Source of the DNA: a virus
Taxonomy: Duplodnaviria; Caudoviricetes
Length of the DNA: 64,000 nucleotides
Strand: one strand, 5' to 3'
Virus record (IMG/VR): IMGVR_UViG_3300042508_000526
The notes below the pieces were generated by a model. That model was not told where the DNA came from and made no database searches. It saw only the letters and a program-made list of their open reading frames with translations. Shown in pieces: positions 20,383-29,670 of the stretch. The position numbers and the translations under genes were made by a program. Position 1 is the stretch's first letter. Each line of letters opens with the position of its first letter.

Positions 20383-21255
20383 CTACCCCGCCTGCGCTTG
20401 TTCGGCTCGCTGCTTCAGGGCGACAATCTCGTCGGGATCTACGTACGTCGGCAGAATACCGGCGATACGCGCCTTGGATTGCGCCGCCTCTTCTACAGCC
20501 TTGGCACGAGAACGCTCGCGGGCCCGGTCGTACATTAACTTGGCCGCAAGTCCGCCCAGTCCTAAACCAGTGGCCACATAGGCGCCACCCACGGCCGACG
20601 GAACACGTTTGGCGGTGTCCCACATGCTCGTCAGCATCTCTAGCGGGTTCGCCTGCTTCTCCGCAGCGGCCTTTTGCCCGGCGAGGTCATACACACCGTC
20701 TAGTTTGTTCGCCGACGGGCCGACCAGCGCGGCATAGTACTCTTTTTCGGCCGCATCAATCTCGGCCTGCCGATCGCGTTTCTTCTTACGGTTGTGCAGC
20801 GCTTGAATAAGTTTATAGCCGCCGTATGTGCCTAGTGCACCGGCGCCCAGCGTAGCAGCCGTACCAAACGACGAACGAATAACGTTTGGATCGTACGAGT
20901 TCGGCGCTTTGGGTGTAACCGCCGGCGTAAACGGCTTTAGAAAATCAACAACGGAGTCGGGCAGTGCGCGGCCAATACCGCCAGCGACGTCGTCGTAGGC
21001 ACCGGCCATTTTGTTGCCCGGCACTACAGCTTCCGCTGGGTTTTCGTCTTCTTCGACTTCGGGCTTGCGGTCGCGAATCGCTTGCGACAAGCCGCGGGCA
21101 AGATAATAAAGCCCTGCAGCGCCAGCGCCGAGACCGAGACCACCAACACCAGTGCGCAAAATGCGATCACCCCAAAAACGCTGGAAGTCTTGGGGCGTAG
21201 GTTTGCCAGCAACGGCGGGTTGAACGTCATTTGCGAGCTTTGCGGTAGTCGTCAT
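20383..21255 (-). CDS. Gly-zipper virion protein
   Basis: 290 aa with three Gly-rich hydrophobic helices and KMAG/EKQAN motifs. Confidence 0.6.
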   Translation of the reverse strand: MTTTAKLANDVQPAVAGKPTPQDFQRFWGDRILRTGVGGLGLGAGAAGLYYLARGLSQAIRDRKPEVEEDENPAEAVVPGNKMAGAYDDVAGGIGRALPDSVVDFLKPFTPAVTPKAPNSYDPNVIRSSFGTAATLGAGALGTYGGYKLIQALHNRKKKRDRQAEIDAAEKEYYAALVGPSANKLDGVYDLAGQKAAAEKQANPLEMLTSMWDTAKRVPSAVGGAYVATGLGLGGLAAKLMYDRARERSRAKAVEEAAQSKARIAGILPTYVDPDEIVALKQRAEQAQAG

Positions 21256-21267
21256 TTTAGCCCCTCA

Positions 21268-21615
21268 TTACAGTTTCGGCGGAAGCATGCCGTATACCTG
21301 CGCCCACTCCAACCAAACGCGAAAATGTTTTTTTTCGTCGTCCCAGTTGTCGCTGCGCTTCAACAGCCGATACCAGCCGTTCACTATCTTATCATTTATG
21401 TCGTCAAATTCTTGCTTTTGCTGCTCGTCCCACAGGTCGAACATACGCGACTTGTAATCAAACCGCAGATCTATATTTTCCAGTTCGTCCTGCTTTAAAT
21501 CAGCGCGAAACCCATTGCCGACGACGGGAAAACCCTCCATCGTGCCCGGCCAGTTTAACTGATCGCCGCCGTGCTGCGGGCCGCCTAACTCAGCGTGATA
21601 TTTGCGCAGGCTCAC
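21268..21615 (-). CDS. hypothetical protein
   Basis: 115 aa ORF. Confidence 0.65.
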   Translation of the reverse strand: MSLRKYHAELGGPQHGGDQLNWPGTMEGFPVVGNGFRADLKQDELENIDLRFDYKSRMFDLWDEQQKQEFDDINDKIVNGWYRLLKRSDNWDDEKKHFRVWLEWAQVYGMLPPKL

Positions 21616-21618
21616 AAA

Positions 21619-21975
21619 TTACCTTTCTGGTCGATACAGCCGTAACTTCCGATTTGTCTTGGCCCGGGCGGCGTAGGCTTTGTACGCCGCGGCTAGTTCT
21701 CGCGCCTTAAGGTCATCTTCATCGACATCGGGCTCGGTTAATTTCCCGGCCAGATGCCCCGCCAACCCGCCACCAGCCGTCGCTAAAAGCAGCGGGGCGT
21801 AGGCAATATTGCCCGCCCAGCTGCCCACATTGGACAGCGAATTCATGTCAAAGCCGCTTTTTGCGAAATCTTCTGCGGCCTTAATGCGCCCGTTTAACGC
21901 GTCGCCCGTCAGGGCTTCTTCGGCGCACCTGTGTAAAAAGCCCAGCCTAAAGGCTTCCTTTTCCGTGACATCCAT
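21619..21975 (-). CDS. Gly-zipper virion protein
   Basis: 118 aa; EAFRLGF leader, AKSG motif, AGGGLAGHLAG helix. Confidence 0.6.
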   Translation of the reverse strand: MDVTEKEAFRLGFLHRCAEEALTGDALNGRIKAAEDFAKSGFDMNSLSNVGSWAGNIAYAPLLLATAGGGLAGHLAGKLTEPDVDEDDLKARELAAAYKAYAARAKTNRKLRLYRPER

Positions 21976-21976
21976 G

Positions 21977-22468
21977 TCAAAAGTCTCCGGGCAGAATAAG
22001 TTTCTTTGGCTGCGACCCGACGCTAAAGTCGGGCGTTACGTGCTTACCGGTATCCTTTCCGATAGGCAGCGCACCGGGCAGCGAAGTTGCAAAATTCGCG
22101 CCGCTCGCCATGGATATCTTACTCTTTCGACCCGGCCTGTGTCGCCTAAACCACGCGTCAACAGCCGGATCGTCCCGGTCGCCCTGCTCTTGGGCTTCTT
22201 TTGTTACCTCGATCATATTCTCGATCGCCCGCTGTAAGTCCATGCGGTCCGCGGCCATCCACGGCGCCTGCATCGGATTTTCAGCCGCCATGGTCCGTAA
22301 ACGCCGCGCTTCTTCGCTGATAGCCTGCGCGCGCTGCAAAAATTCTTTACGCGTTAAAACAAAAAACTCGCCGGTCTGTTCGTCGTGCAGACAGACGAAT
22401 CCATTTTTGGCGTAAAATTTGAGACCGCGATAGCTGTAACATTTACCGGTTTTTTGGTAAGCCGACAT
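21977..22468 (-). CDS. hypothetical protein
   Basis: 163 aa ORF. Confidence 0.65.
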   Translation of the reverse strand: MSAYQKTGKCYSYRGLKFYAKNGFVCLHDEQTGEFFVLTRKEFLQRAQAISEEARRLRTMAAENPMQAPWMAADRMDLQRAIENMIEVTKEAQEQGDRDDPAVDAWFRRHRPGRKSKISMASGANFATSLPGALPIGKDTGKHVTPDFSVGSQPKKLILPGDF

Positions 22469-22476
22469 TCAACACC

Positions 22477-22830
22477 TTACGCGTGGGGAATCTCACAGCC
22501 GTTCTCGTCGCACTTGCTGGACTTCGCCGGCGGTACGGGCGGGAGCGGTTTGACCTGCAACTTCATCGACGGCATCGGGCCAGCCTCTTTCATGCCGCCC
22601 TCTTTCGGCTCGCACTCGGGGCAGTCCGTCCAGCCCTGACCGTCGCCCGTGCGAACCTTGCCGACGCCATTACACCGCGTGCAGTCTTTTGTGTCTACAA
22701 GCGGTTTGACTACCGGCGCAGCAGGAAGCATAGAAGCGTAAGCAGCCTCTGCAGCGACCACACCGATATAGTCTTTTTTGGGCGGAGCTGCATGAGACGA
22801 CGGAGCCATTAATAAAAGCCAATCGAGCAT
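22477..22830 (-). CDS. exported protein with DnaJ-type CxxCxGxG zinc finger
   Basis: N-terminal hydrophobic segment; CTRCNGVG...DCPEC. Confidence 0.65.
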   Translation of the reverse strand: MLDWLLLMAPSSHAAPPKKDYIGVVAAEAAYASMLPAAPVVKPLVDTKDCTRCNGVGKVRTGDGQGWTDCPECEPKEGGMKEAGPMPSMKLQVKPLPPVPPAKSSKCDENGCEIPHA

Positions 22831-22845
22831 GTTAACCCCACTGAT

Positions 22846-23871
22846 TTAGATATTACCAAGCGCGCCGAAACTACGCAGCTTCTTCGGCGGCCAACCGTTT
22901 ACACCCGAAATCGCCACCATGTAACGATTTTTGATATCAGACCAGCGAGCCCAGAACGCACCAACTGGAATGTCAATGTTCGTGCCGAAGATGCGGCGAC
23001 TTCCTTCATTCCACGCGCCCCAGCTGTTTTGGACCAACACCAGCGGCTCGCCGTATAGCTTTACTATTTCTGCGCGATCGTCAACACCAAGATAGGCGAG
23101 CGCATGCGCCCAACTGCCTTTGCGTTTACTTACGCCGTTTGCATCGCGTTGATCGGAGAAGCCCTCGCTGCCGCACGAGCTAACGCAGTAACCGTTTGCT
23201 AGCAGGTCGCGAAGCGCCTCGTACTCTTCGACTTCCGTAATTGTTTGCACGCGATGGTTTTCACCAATCTTGCGCCACGACTCAGGCGGCGTTCGAGAGC
23301 CGTATAGTCCGGCATTGCGCGCGCTGTATTGTGTAAAATCAACATCAATTTCGTCGTACTTCTTTCGCAGCCACAAGCCGGAATCGTTTAACGCGACCTG
23401 CGCCGCCTCTGCGCAGCTCCAGCCGTCCCCGCCGTGCCGCCGCCAATTGTAAAACGCTTCAGTGCTGAGCACGCCGTTCAGTCGCGCCGTATCACTGACG
23501 TCGGGCGCGCCCTCTAGACGACCACTGTTCGGGTCCGGCACACCGCTTGTGATCTCGCAGCACATCGTGCCGAGGCACGCGTTGCGCGTCGACCAACTTA
23601 CGCAGTCGCCGCGTCCCTGCGCGCCACCCGGTAAGGAGTCGGGGTACAGCTTGAGTACTTCCAGCACGGGCAGGCTTAACTTGCCTTTGCCGGTTTCCTC
23701 AAGGCTGTACTCCGCGCACGCCATGGCGCCGTCGGGGATACCGCCGGCGTTTTTAATCTGATCTCGAAGTGCTGCGGCAGCTTCCGGGTTGCTGTAGGCG
23801 CCAACGAAGCCGCCTTCATAAGCTGCCACAACGTCGTAAACGTTCGAGAAGAACTGTTCATTATCAGCCAT
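22846..23871 (-). CDS. papain-like (C1) cysteine peptidase
   Basis: QGRGDCVSW (catalytic Cys), WAHAL (His), QNSWG (Asn). Confidence 0.85.
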   Translation of the reverse strand: MADNEQFFSNVYDVVAAYEGGFVGAYSNPEAAAALRDQIKNAGGIPDGAMACAEYSLEETGKGKLSLPVLEVLKLYPDSLPGGAQGRGDCVSWSTRNACLGTMCCEITSGVPDPNSGRLEGAPDVSDTARLNGVLSTEAFYNWRRHGGDGWSCAEAAQVALNDSGLWLRKKYDEIDVDFTQYSARNAGLYGSRTPPESWRKIGENHRVQTITEVEEYEALRDLLANGYCVSSCGSEGFSDQRDANGVSKRKGSWAHALAYLGVDDRAEIVKLYGEPLVLVQNSWGAWNEGSRRIFGTNIDIPVGAFWARWSDIKNRYMVAISGVNGWPPKKLRSFGALGNI

Positions 23872-23891
23872 GACGTGCCTCCAAACTTAAC

Positions 23892-24380
23892 TCAAGCCGT
23901 CGGCTCTTCGGGCGTAACCGGAGCTTCAGGGGCCGGCGACTCGCTAACAAGCGTGACACCGAGGAACCCGGGCTGCGCCGGCGGAAGCGTGTCGACCGCT
24001 GTAAACTCATACTCAGCGGCCGGCGAAACGTTGCCGGCATCGTCGACGTCAACCAGCGAGAGCTTGACCACGGCGTCTTGCGGTACAACCACAACGCCGA
24101 GATCTTCGCTCACCGGGTAAGACGTCGAACCTTTTTCTTCACCATTCACGGTCACCGACAGAATACGCGACACGACATCGCTGTCGACGGGCGCACCGGC
24201 GGAAACACGATACGTAAGCACATCAGCCATATTTACATTGCTCCTGATCTGCACTACTGTTAAGCCAACCGGCTCCGATGGCCCGTGCAGGGCAAGCCAT
24301 TCGTGTAACACTACCAACAACCAAAAGACGAGACATACGAGCAGTACGGCAACGCTGAGCGCCATGTTATTTCTTACCAT
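23892..24380 (-). CDS. membrane-anchored Ig/fibronectin-like protein
   Basis: N-terminal TM helix; LVDVDDAGNVS..TAVDTLPPAQP Ig-like signature. Confidence 0.55.
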   Translation of the reverse strand: MVRNNMALSVAVLLVCLVFWLLVVLHEWLALHGPSEPVGLTVVQIRSNVNMADVLTYRVSAGAPVDSDVVSRILSVTVNGEEKGSTSYPVSEDLGVVVVPQDAVVKLSLVDVDDAGNVSPAAEYEFTAVDTLPPAQPGFLGVTLVSESPAPEAPVTPEEPTA

Positions 24381-24825
24381 TAGCGGAATTGGCTACCGTG
24401 ACACATGCTTCAATAAGTTTTGCGCGAGTGGCGTCGTTTGCAGGCACAACGTCGTCCGTACCAACAGCCCGCAAAAATACCGCCTCAATTGCCTTGTCGA
24501 GGTCGGGGTATTTGCCCGGAGTGTCGATAGCCATGTTGAGCGTACGCGCCTGTAACTCAGCCCATTGCTCTGTCGTAACAATACGCTTGACCGGCTGACC
24601 ACCGTCGCGCCGCAGTACTTCCGCAAGGCCGTTGTACACGCCGTTAATTCGGTCGGTATCGACGGTGTCTGCGTCAACAAGCAGCTCGACAATCTTGGTG
24701 TCTGTTGGCCCCGCGGGCGTGACTGGCGCGACAGGCTTTACCTGCGGAATTAACGACGGCACGCCGTTCGGAAACACGAACGACAAAGCGAGCAGCAAAC
24801 CAAAGACCCAAACAAGCTTTTTCAT
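24367..24825 (-). CDS. exported/membrane hypothetical protein
   Basis: signal-like N-terminus MKKLVWVFGLLLALSFV. Confidence 0.65.
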   Translation of the reverse strand: MKKLVWVFGLLLALSFVFPNGVPSLIPQVKPVAPVTPAGPTDTKIVELLVDADTVDTDRINGVYNGLAEVLRRDGGQPVKRIVTTEQWAELQARTLNMAIDTPGKYPDLDKAIEAVFLRAVGTDDVVPANDATRAKLIEACVTVANSANGKK

Positions 24826-25097
24826 ACAACACCCTTTGACGGTTGCTCATACTCTACGATCACACGCAGTAGCGACGTGCAGGCTTCGACACCGGCCCCG
24901 CAGCCCTCCGCGGCAAGCTTGTCGCGCAGCTTGGTGACGGCAATGATATCGTCCACAAGCGGCACAGCGATCGACGCTGTCACGCCGCCCGTTACCGTTT
25001 TGTCGGCGCGGCGGATGAGGCTAAGCAGTTTGTCGCGGTATGTTACCGCCAGCGCAACTACGAACAGACCAGCCAGTACCAGTTGAACCGTATTCAT
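24822..25097 (-). CDS. membrane hypothetical protein
   Basis: N-terminal TM helix; GGAGG RBS. Confidence 0.6.
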   Translation of the reverse strand: MNTVQLVLAGLFVVALAVTYRDKLLSLIRRADKTVTGGVTASIAVPLVDDIIAVTKLRDKLAAEGCGAGVEACTSLLRVIVEYEQPSKGVV

Positions 25098-25130
25098 AGA
25101 ACCTCCAATTGAAAGTAACACCCTAGTTTA

Positions 25131-25952
25131 TCAAGTTTGCGGCACCAGTACATACGGCCGACCGTTAATCACAATAGTGCCGTTAATTTGCAGTCCAGCA
25201 TCTTTTGTAATCGGATAAACCGCGGTGCGCTTTCCGTAAAGTTTTATGATTTCGGCGATATCGCCTTCTTGCGGTTTTGTTACGTTCGGATCGTAGTAGG
25301 GCGCCATCAGGTTACCCGCGTTTAAATGCGGTAGCCCCAACGCGTGCCCCAGCTCGTGACAAATAACAGCAACAGCCATGTTGAACGACCAGTCTTCCGC
25401 TTCGTCGAACATCTGATCAAGCTGGACGTTTTCGGCTACACCGCACGGCAACTCGCTCCACGCCAGTGTGCCGCCCTTGTTATCTAAACCGTTTTTCTTT
25501 CCGACACCGGAGCGCGCATAAATGTTCGCCTTGGTGTGCGTATCGACGCGCTGCGGCTCCAGCGCACACACCTCTGCCCACTGCGAAAACGCAATGTCGT
25601 AGGCTTCGGCCACCTGCTGTTCTGTCAGCCCCGGCAAATGGATTTTGTGATAGTACGTCACATTCGGCATCGGCCACTTGCACGGATCGCCGCCCGGAGC
25701 GGTGATATTGAAGTCCGGCAGACCGCAGCGCCGCTTGTTGATGCGATGCGCTGTCTTGGGGCCCACAGTACCTGTGGGGTTTAAGCCGTTAAACGACTGG
25801 AAGGCGCGGATCGCTTTTTGCAACTCCGCGCCTTTAATCTTCTTGACCTGCGCCAGCGTTTTATCGCCGAAATACCCCAGCGCATGCAGCCGCGTGAGAA
25901 TCTCGCTGATCGGTAAAACGTGGGTTTCGTGAGCGGTTGGCTTCCGTGCCAT
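25131..25952 (-). CDS. matrixin (M10) metallopeptidase with peptidoglycan-binding-like prodomain
   Basis: AIRAFQSFNGL..TGTVG (PGBD-like), RRCGLPD (cysteine switch), HELGHALGLPH, LMAPYY (Met-turn). Confidence 0.9.
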   Translation of the reverse strand: MARKPTAHETHVLPISEILTRLHALGYFGDKTLAQVKKIKGAELQKAIRAFQSFNGLNPTGTVGPKTAHRINKRRCGLPDFNITAPGGDPCKWPMPNVTYYHKIHLPGLTEQQVAEAYDIAFSQWAEVCALEPQRVDTHTKANIYARSGVGKKNGLDNKGGTLAWSELPCGVAENVQLDQMFDEAEDWSFNMAVAVICHELGHALGLPHLNAGNLMAPYYDPNVTKPQEGDIAEIIKLYGKRTAVYPITKDAGLQINGTIVINGRPYVLVPQT

Positions 25953-25973
25953 CGTGCGCCTCCGTGCTTGATG

Positions 25974-26381
25974 TTAGCGCGCGGGAGCCAGTTCCATTAG
26001 CCCAGCAGCCGCGGCATCATCAATTGTATCACTTAGGCTGTACACAGCACCCACAACTGGATTATCACGCGTATAGGTCGTGCCAGTCTTTGCGCAATGT
26101 TCTCGCCATAAATTATTTAACCGACGGCGCAAGCGCATTAACTTCCGCGGCGGCAACGTGCGAAGCTCACGCATGTTTTGCGCAATAGATTCGTCCGAGT
26201 TTTGCTCGCGGCAGTGAATGATTACCTGCACCAACACCGAGATAATCATGATTACGAGAATCGGATCAAACTGGCAGTTCTCGTTATCTGCCTGCAGCAC
26301 AAGCTCATCCGTGAGCTTGCGTTGCAGGTCTTGCAAAGCCGGAGACGCAGCGATCCGCTGCTGCAGTTCTTCGGTGGTCAT
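25974..26381 (-). CDS. hypothetical membrane protein
   Basis: 135 aa; hydrophobic DPILVIMIISVLVQVIIHC. Confidence 0.6.
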   Translation of the reverse strand: MTTEELQQRIAASPALQDLQRKLTDELVLQADNENCQFDPILVIMIISVLVQVIIHCREQNSDESIAQNMRELRTLPPRKLMRLRRRLNNLWREHCAKTGTTYTRDNPVVGAVYSLSDTIDDAAAAGLMELAPAR

Positions 26382-26752
26382 CAGTTCGCAGTCCTTTCAG
26401 CGCGCATCTTCTCGACAGCCACGGCTTCCATGTAGCGATACCGCGCATCAATCATCTGGGCACGCAGCTCAGTGCGACCAGCCAGATACTTCCAAATCAG
26501 CGCGCTATTGAGCACAACAATCTGCGTTGCGCCGACAATCGCCGTCACAGCCTTGGTCAGCGTCTCGGCCTGCGAGGTGTCAACCCATCCAACCAGAACG
26601 CCCACCGCGATCAGATTGCTGACAGCGCCCACAGCCATGGTCCAGAATTCCGGCGTCAGCCAGTTTCCGGTATCTACGTTCACATCGTCAGCGGCGCTAT
26701 TTAAAACGCGCAGCTCTTCGCGGACAGTTTCAACGCTTTTTTTGATCGCCAT
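26381..26752 (-). CDS. holin-like membrane protein
   Basis: WLTPEFW motif followed by two TM helices; within peptidase cassette. Confidence 0.5.
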   Translation of the reverse strand: MAIKKSVETVREELRVLNSAADDVNVDTGNWLTPEFWTMAVGAVSNLIAVGVLVGWVDTSQAETLTKAVTAIVGATQIVVLNSALIWKYLAGRTELRAQMIDARYRYMEAVAVEKMRAERTAN

Positions 26753-26818
26753 AACACGCTCCTTAAGTAACGAGGAAAGCACATTATGCCCCGGATATGT
26801 TCCGGCTGCAATACGTTT

Positions 26819-27853
26819 TTATCGCCCAAACAGACTGGGTACGACGGCGTGCATCATACCGCCCCATAACCCCAGATCTTGTAACTTTGCTTGCCCAGCT
26901 GGTGTTAATCCGGCCATGGCTGACAGCGCTTTACCCGCCAGCGTCGCCGTGGCAAGCCCGACGCCCGCCGAGGCAATACCGTGAATAACGTCAATGGGCC
27001 GGATAATCGGGGATTGCATACTAGTGCTGATGCCACTCATTAAACCGGTCGTGGCCGCGGCGTAAGCTGGCGGCGTGTAATTGCTGAAGTTACCCGCCCG
27101 CATGCCGCGATTTACGTCTTGCCACGCGGCCTGATTAAACTGCGGCACGCTTACAATGGGGCTGTAGAGCGCTGGCGGCTGCCCCGGAAACATGCTGCTT
27201 TTTTCGCGCTCTTGCATCTTTTTTTCATACGGGTACACAACCGCCGTATTGTTATTTGTGATCAGGCCACGCGGAAAGCTTGTACGCAGCGCGCGGGCAT
27301 TGGCATAGCCGCCAAGCCCCGCCACGGCAGCGCCGCTCAGCGCGCCGAGTAAACCCAGCGTGCGGCGCAGTTTTCCGCGCTCGATATAGCGCTCTGGAAA
27401 CAGCTGCTCCGCGAGCATACCGGCGCCGTATCCAGTTCCGCCGGCAAGTAAGCCGGTCATAATGCCGTTCGACAGCGGCGATGGTCCCGCCAGCAGGGTG
27501 TTGCCCGTGTTCCACACCGCTGGCAAGCCGGGAACCAAGGAACCACGTTTGACGACGACCTGCTGCGCAAAATCGGGTGTTGCAGAAGACAACAAATGCG
27601 CCGCGCAGCTATATCCGCGTTCCGCCATAACCGCGGCGTACTTTTCGCGGGCATCGGCGGCGATCTCAATCGGGCTGTATAGCGTAACGGCGTTTGTGGT
27701 GGGATTCCAAGCCGCTACGGTATGCGACAGCACGTGCGTAGCTGCGCCTGCCTGCTCGTGCGCAACTTTGACCGCATGCGCACACGGCAACAGCTCTGCT
27801 ACTCGCGCCGGCACACGCTGCCAGTCCTCGACGGTGTAGATACTGGTTGTCAT
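26819..27853 (-). CDS. Gly-zipper virion protein
   Basis: ~345 aa with several Gly-rich hydrophobic helices; EKSSM motif. Confidence 0.6.
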   Translation of the reverse strand: MTTSIYTVEDWQRVPARVAELLPCAHAVKVAHEQAGAATHVLSHTVAAWNPTTNAVTLYSPIEIAADAREKYAAVMAERGYSCAAHLLSSATPDFAQQVVVKRGSLVPGLPAVWNTGNTLLAGPSPLSNGIMTGLLAGGTGYGAGMLAEQLFPERYIERGKLRRTLGLLGALSGAAVAGLGGYANARALRTSFPRGLITNNNTAVVYPYEKKMQEREKSSMFPGQPPALYSPIVSVPQFNQAAWQDVNRGMRAGNFSNYTPPAYAAATTGLMSGISTSMQSPIIRPIDVIHGIASAGVGLATATLAGKALSAMAGLTPAGQAKLQDLGLWGGMMHAVVPSLFGR

Positions 27854-27854
27854 A

Positions 27855-28118
27855 TTAGTGCGCAACTGAAAAAACGAAGCGAAGTGCCAGCGAAATCCAC
27901 GCAAGAAGTCCGCTGATAGCTAAAAAAACAATAATCGCAGTCAGCAGCGCCACGCTACCCAGTTTTTCGAACGGAATTTTTTTAAACAGGTTCCACGCGC
28001 GCAGGTAATCAATCGCGTTTGGGGGTTTAGGCGGCGGTGCGGGCGCAGGTACAGGCTCGGGTTTTTTGGTATCGATCCCTAGAGCTTTTTTGATCATGTC
28101 GAGCAGCGGTGTGGCCAT
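27855..28118 (-). CDS. small membrane protein
   Basis: Pro-rich linker then long C-terminal TM segment. Confidence 0.55.
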   Translation of the reverse strand: MATPLLDMIKKALGIDTKKPEPVPAPAPPPKPPNAIDYLRAWNLFKKIPFEKLGSVALLTAIIVFLAISGLLAWISLALRFVFSVAH

Positions 28119-29425
28119 TATTTCTTCCCCCAACGAGAGATAGTGTCAAAAATATCATTGCCGTAAAGCTGCACAATCTTGTCCGTGGGGTTCATTTGCG
28201 GCAGCGTGCCGTTAATCGCCATCTGCGCCACTTGATAACGATAGTTTGGGTCAAGCTGCGACCGGTACAAGTGTGATTTATGCCGCGCCGCCATAATAAA
28301 GTCGCCGCGCTGTTTGGCCTTGAGCAAATGATCGGTCACGTTTTGAAAAACGGGCTTACTGTGGTCGTAGATAAGCGGCTCGCGGAAGTTCAATAGGTTG
28401 CGAAACTGTTGCCCGTACACGCTAGCGCCAGCTTTCTCTATTTTTTGGACTTTTTTGTAGTAGTCGGGGTCTTCGGACAAGTGATCCTTGGCAATTTCTT
28501 TGGCAACTTGACCATTGTCTGTGTGTTCGCGCTCATGTTTAGCTCCTTCAGCTAAAGCAGGTTCAGAAAAATCCCGATCGGGTAAATTATCGGCTTCACC
28601 GCCCGGTAACAGGTCTTTTTGTCCCGAACGGGAAAGTGCGTTTGGCTGCTGTTTTTCTGCGGCAGATACCTTCTCGGCGGCGCAGCGGCCGGATTTTTTA
28701 CACACGCACGTTTCAGGGCACATGCACGGACCGGAGCAGCCACAGTCGTACGTGGTCTTATCATCCGCGGCGGCTTTGAGTTCTCCCCTGCTGATGGGGT
28801 TACTAAACCTATGCTCGTCGGCGCTTTCGGCCGAGGTTTCGGAACCCTTGGCCGTGCCGTTGTCGCGTAAAACGCCTTTGCGCCGGACAGCGAATGTGAT
28901 GTGAAACGGTTGATCGTCCTTGGGCAGCGCCGAAAGGCCGTAACTCTTGCGCAAGGCAGACAGCGCCGGACTGAGCACATGTAGCGCCCATACTTTGCTG
29001 ACGCCGCGCACGTTTTTGACGTCAATTTCTTTTAGGCCGCCCAGCGTATAGCCGAACATGTGACCGCGTTCGTTAATCTTGTCGCCGCCGATTGCTTCTA
29101 CTTCAGCCGCCGTCATCACCGAGATGTGCGCATTGACCAACTCGCCATCGACGTTTGGTACATTCATCACGCCGGCAGTCGGCAGCTCAGTGCCGGGCTC
29201 GGTAAGGGCGTCAAATACACCGCGGACGAGCGCGTTGGGCACCGCCAGCAGCAACCAGCCGCTTTTTGCGAGATATAGCCGACCCGAAAGCGGGTAGCTC
29301 GTGGCGGCGTTCTTGTCGCCGCTCATATACAGCCAGCCTAGCGCGTTGCCAGCAGCGTAGGCGGGGTGCTCGCGGAAGTATTCCGAGTCCCACGCGAGCG
29401 GATCTAAAGCGGATAGCGTATCCAT
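28118..29425 (-). CDS. multi-module protein: 2H phosphoesterase + Cys-rich module + DUF5661-like module
   Basis: AHISVM and FHITFA (two HxS/T motifs); CGCSGPCMCPETCVC; EREHTDNGQVAKEIAKDHLSEDPDYY; modules separated by KNAA/KAAA/KAGA. Confidence 0.75.
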   Translation of the reverse strand: MDTLSALDPLAWDSEYFREHPAYAAGNALGWLYMSGDKNAATSYPLSGRLYLAKSGWLLLAVPNALVRGVFDALTEPGTELPTAGVMNVPNVDGELVNAHISVMTAAEVEAIGGDKINERGHMFGYTLGGLKEIDVKNVRGVSKVWALHVLSPALSALRKSYGLSALPKDDQPFHITFAVRRKGVLRDNGTAKGSETSAESADEHRFSNPISRGELKAAADDKTTYDCGCSGPCMCPETCVCKKSGRCAAEKVSAAEKQQPNALSRSGQKDLLPGGEADNLPDRDFSEPALAEGAKHEREHTDNGQVAKEIAKDHLSEDPDYYKKVQKIEKAGASVYGQQFRNLLNFREPLIYDHSKPVFQNVTDHLLKAKQRGDFIMAARHKSHLYRSQLDPNYRYQVAQMAINGTLPQMNPTDKIVQLYGNDIFDTISRWGKK

Positions 29426-29441
29426 GCGGGACTCGTCCTTA

Positions 29442-29517
29442 TGGCTGCCTGAGTAGGACTCGAACCTACGACCCGGCGGTTAACAGCCGCCTGCTCTACC
29501 AACTGAGCTATCAGGCA
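29442..29517 (-). tRNA. tRNA-Asn(GUU), CCA encoded
   Basis: canonical cloverleaf: TGCCTGA/TCAGGCA acceptor, GCTC-AGTTGGTA-GAGC D arm, CTGTTAA loop, TTCGAGT T loop, G-CCA end. Confidence 0.95.
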
Positions 29518-29523
29518 ATTTTG

Positions 29524-29670
29524 TCACGGGTGCGTAGTCATCGTTGGCATGTCAGTATGCCCGTGACTGTGCGCTACTGCGGCTAGCGCAGACACGAACA
29601 GAAGCAGACAAAACATAGCGGACGCGCCCCACGCCGCTACGCTCAATTGTTTACGAATTGTCATTGTCAT
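29524..29670 (-). CDS. small membrane peptide
   Basis: 48 aa with one TM helix, overlapping end of holin-like gene. Confidence 0.4.
   Translation of the reverse strand: MTMTIRKQLSVAAWGASAMFCLLLFVSALAAVAHSHGHTDMPTMTTHP

Noticed and set aside
27913-27924. Extra CTGATAGCTAAA copy
   Set aside because: Lies inside a coding TM segment (FLAIS) with no hairpin or -10 element; likely coincidental
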